Translations under genes and position numbers: made by a program
The notes under the pieces: model-generated
What the model was told of the DNA's origin: nothing
The model's input: only the letters and a program-made list of their open reading frames with translations
Database searches by the model: none
Shown: one piece after another, positions 57,654 through 62,227 of the stretch
Layout: the number at the start of each line of letters is the position of its first letter
Numbering within the stretch: the first letter of the stretch is position 1
Source: Mollicutes bacterium
Lineage (GTDB): Bacteria; Bacillota_I; Bacilli_A; RF39; UBA660
Direction: 5' to 3'
Assembly: GCA_012520055.1 (NCBI GenBank)
Contig: JAAYPA010000020.1
Coordinates: 1-62,227, forward strand
DNA: 62,227 nt

Positions 57654-59723
57654 ATGAATTATCTAGACAATCTAAACGAAGAACAAAAGAAGGCAGTAAC
57701 TCATAAAGATGGACCGGTTTTAGTTATGGCTGGAGCCGGAAGTGGAAAGACAAAAGTACTGACCACCCGTATTGTCCATTTAATAAAAGAAGGAATACCT
57801 AATCACAATATTTTGGCAATAACTTTTACAAATAAAGCTGCTAATGAAATGAGAAGCAGAGTATATAATATGATAGGTGATGTATCAGCATTTATTGGTA
57901 CTTTTCACTCTTTTGGTTTAAGAATAATCAGAGAAAATTATGAGGAGTTAAATTTAACCAGTAATTTTACGATTATCGATAGTGATGATTGTTTAACAGT
58001 AATTAAAAAGATATTAAAAGAAAAAAACTTAGATCCTAAGCAATATAGTCCATATTATATTAGGAACAGAATCAGTTTTATTAAAAATCAAATGCTTAGT
58101 GATATTGAATTAGAAAGATTATTTAATACTCCGATTGATAAAGTTGTCGTAGAAATATATAAATCATATTGTGCAAAATTAATTGCTAATTCCAGTGTAG
58201 ACTTTGATGATTTATTATTATTGCCTGTTAATCTTTTTATGAAAAATAAAATGATTTTAGATTATTATCAAGAAAAATATAAATATATTTTAATAGATGA
58301 GTATCAAGATACTAATCCGGTTCAATATAAATTATCAGTGTTATTATCGGGTAAATATAAAAATATTTTTGTAGTCGGTGATATAAATCAAAGTATCTAT
58401 GCTTTTAGACAAGCTGACTACCGTAATATTATTAACTTTGAAAATGATTTTAAGGATTGTAAGGTAATTAAACTTGAACATAATTATCGAAGTACCAATA
58501 CTATTTTAAGTGCCGCTAACGAAGTTATTAAGAATAATAAAGAAAGAGTAGATTTAGATCTTTATTCAGAAAAAGGTGAAGGAGTTAAAATCAAATACTT
58601 TCGCAGTTATGATGAAAAACATGAAATAGGTTTGGTAATAGATGAAATAAATGATTTAATCAATAAAGGCAATAAATACAGTGATGTAGCAGTTTTATAT
58701 CGTACCAATGCTCAAGCCAGAGTAATCGAAGAAGTATTTTTAAGTAAAGGTGTGCCTTGTAAAGTTGTAGGTAGTTACTTCTTTATTGATCGTAAAGAAA
58801 TTAAAGATTTAATTGCTTATTTAAGATTAATATATAATCAAGATGATGAAATAAGTTTAAGAAGAGTTATCAACGTACCTAAAAGAGGTATTGGAGAAGC
58901 TGCTCTTAGAACTTTGGAAGATGTAGCTAAAGAAAAAAATACCAATATGTTTGAAGCTTTATCAAGCAGAAAGGAATTAGAATTTAAAGAAATTATCTTA
59001 AAATTAAAGGAGATAAGTGAAAATTCCAGTTTAACTGATCTAATTGATTCTATTTTAGAATTATCGGGTATGAAGCGTGAACTAGAATCATCTAAATCCT
59101 TAGATGATGAAATAAGACTGGAAAACTTACAAGAATTTAAAAGTATTACCGCTTCATATGAAGAAAGAACCGGTTCAGTTAATTTAGGAGACTTCTTAGA
59201 AGAAATAACATTAATAAGTGATGTATCCAACCATAAAAGTGATGGTGAAGAAGTTACTTTAATGACTTTACATAGTGCTAAAGGATTGGAATTTAAAATA
59301 GTTTTCTTAGTAGGTATGGAAGAAGGATTATTTCCTCATAATATGTCTATCATGGAAGATAATCTGGAAGAAGAAAGAAGATTATGCTATGTCGGTATAA
59401 CCAGAGCAAAAGAAAGATTATATTTAACTAATGCCAAAAGAAGAATGCTTTATGGTAAAGAACAACAAAATATGCCATCTAGATTTATTACAGAAATAAA
59501 TGCTAAACACTTAGAGCAAAACTTTGAAGAACCTAAGATTATCAATAAAGAAAATATGTATACCGATGCTAATGAAGATATTAATGAAGGATCTATCATT
59601 AGTCATGATGTCCATGGTACCGGTGTAGTAGTAAAAGATGAAGGTAATTTAATTGAAGTAGCTTTCAAATCGGGAGTAAAAAAATTACTTAAAAATCATA
59701 AAAGTATTAAAAAAGTTATGTAA
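57654..59723 (+). CDS. pcrA: ATP-dependent DNA helicase PcrA (UvrD family)
   Basis: 'LNEEQKKAV', 'AGAGSGKT', 'DEYQDTN', 'TLHSAKGLEF', 'YVGITRAKE'. Confidence 0.95.
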   Translation: MNYLDNLNEEQKKAVTHKDGPVLVMAGAGSGKTKVLTTRIVHLIKEGIPNHNILAITFTNKAANEMRSRVYNMIGDVSAFIGTFHSFGLRIIRENYEELNLTSNFTIIDSDDCLTVIKKILKEKNLDPKQYSPYYIRNRISFIKNQMLSDIELERLFNTPIDKVVVEIYKSYCAKLIANSSVDFDDLLLLPVNLFMKNKMILDYYQEKYKYILIDEYQDTNPVQYKLSVLLSGKYKNIFVVGDINQSIYAFRQADYRNIINFENDFKDCKVIKLEHNYRSTNTILSAANEVIKNNKERVDLDLYSEKGEGVKIKYFRSYDEKHEIGLVIDEINDLINKGNKYSDVAVLYRTNAQARVIEEVFLSKGVPCKVVGSYFFIDRKEIKDLIAYLRLIYNQDDEISLRRVINVPKRGIGEAALRTLEDVAKEKNTNMFEALSSRKELEFKEIILKLKEISENSSLTDLIDSILELSGMKRELESSKSLDDEIRLENLQEFKSITASYEERTGSVNLGDFLEEITLISDVSNHKSDGEEVTLMTLHSAKGLEFKIVFLVGMEEGLFPHNMSIMEDNLEEERRLCYVGITRAKERLYLTNAKRRMLYGKEQQNMPSRFITEINAKHLEQNFEEPKIINKENMYTDANEDINEGSIISHDVHGTGVVVKDEGNLIEVAFKSGVKKLLKNHKSIKKVM

Positions 59724-59750
59724 TGATAACTTTTTTATTAAATGTTATAA

Positions 59751-61750
<2,000 letters not shown>

Positions 61751-61751
<1 letters not shown>

Positions 61752-61784
61752 AGACACGTATTAAAATAATACGTGTCTTTTTTA
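61751..61784 (+). terminator. Intrinsic terminator after ligA
   Basis: 12-bp stem aagacacgtatt/aatacgtgtctt followed by a T-run. Confidence 0.85.
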
Positions 61785-61853
61785 ATCATAAAAAAGCATC
61801 ACCTTAAATCAATTACTTATATATCGATTTAAAGGGTACTTAGTCTTATTGTT

Positions 61854-62227
61854 TTAAGAACAACCCCATTGTGTTCTAGCGGTAAGTAAGCTTGTTAAAG
61901 CTGTTGAACTTAAACCATTAAATATATCACAAGCTGAATGTTCTAATTTTGAGATATCCCAACCACTTAAATCACCGATTGACCAAGTTGTTGCACTCTC
62001 TCCAGCATCATAAAACATCCCATACATATCTGTAACATTAGAAGTGTCCCAACCACTTAAATCTAATTCAAATTCTGCAGCACTCTCTCCAGCTGAAGCA
62101 AACATAAATGCCATAGTTTTAGTTTCAGTTGTTATAAATTTTCCTGATAAAGATTTTAGATTAATAAGACCTGAAAACAAATAATCACTATGAATCGGAG
62201 CTTTTACTCCACCTTTTTGACCAATGG
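61854..62227 (-). CDS. C-terminal part of a DUF285/BspA-type repeat surface protein (continues beyond the window)
   Basis: 'LDLSGWDTSNVTDMYGMFYDAG' and 'GDLSGWDISKL' repeats. The frame is open to the window edge. Confidence 0.65.
   Translation of the reverse strand, partial: IGQKGGVKAPIHSDYLFSGLINLKSLSGKFITTETKTMAFMFASAGESAAEFELDLSGWDTSNVTDMYGMFYDAGESATTWSIGDLSGWDISKLEHSACDIFNGLSSTALTSLLTARTQWGCS

Overview
This is a very AT-rich, gene-dense chromosomal segment from a low-GC Gram-positive bacterium (Bacillota). Sporulation-type genes are present (cwlD, a gerQ-like gene). The genetic code is standard code 11, because a prfB gene with the classical 'CTT TGA C' +1 frameshift site is present. Most genes lie on the + strand and follow origin-proximal Bacillota synteny: rpsF-ssb-rpsR, rplI-dnaB, yycJ-rlmH, hpf-secA-(insert)-prfB, pheST, pcrA-ligA.

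Most of the window is housekeeping: typA, eno, murF, secG, rnr-smpB, secA, prfB, ychF, lysS, pheST behind a Phe T-box, upp, ung, and one tRNA-Cys.

The atypical regions are:
1. An agr-type quorum-sensing locus at 18.98-21.68 kb. The regulator-kinase pair converges on agrB-agrD, and the unannotated 34-aa AgrD has Ser where the ring-forming Cys normally sits.
2. About 4.2 kb inserted between secA and prfB (25.3-29.6 kb). It carries a promoter-equipped membrane MORN protein flanked by imperfect direct repeats, a truncated integrase and a truncated MGMT-like gene joined head to head, a frameshifted MazG-like gene, and an XRE-membrane / rhodanese-like lipoprotein / CxC-thioredoxin-like cluster.
3. 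A solitary Abi_2 (AbiD/F-like) gene between cwlD and htrA.
4. About 2.5 kb between pheT and pcrA (55.1-57.6 kb). It carries a DUF3800-like gene with an in-frame TGA and a GC-rich island. I read the island as a roughly 130-nt minus-strand sRNA with its own promoter and terminator and a 14-nt copy of the 16S anti-SD tail. It is divergent from an HTH-ImmA-like gene that has lost its HExxH motif.
5. Several gene-decay relics (pyrP, an HD-domain gene) and repeated terminator hairpins.

I found no CRISPR array, no rRNA and no intact transposase or integrase. My best candidates for undescribed biology are the sRNA/regulator module at 55.6-57.6 kb, the secA-prfB island, and the Ser-type AgrD. All functional calls come from motif recognition by eye, and none has been checked by search.
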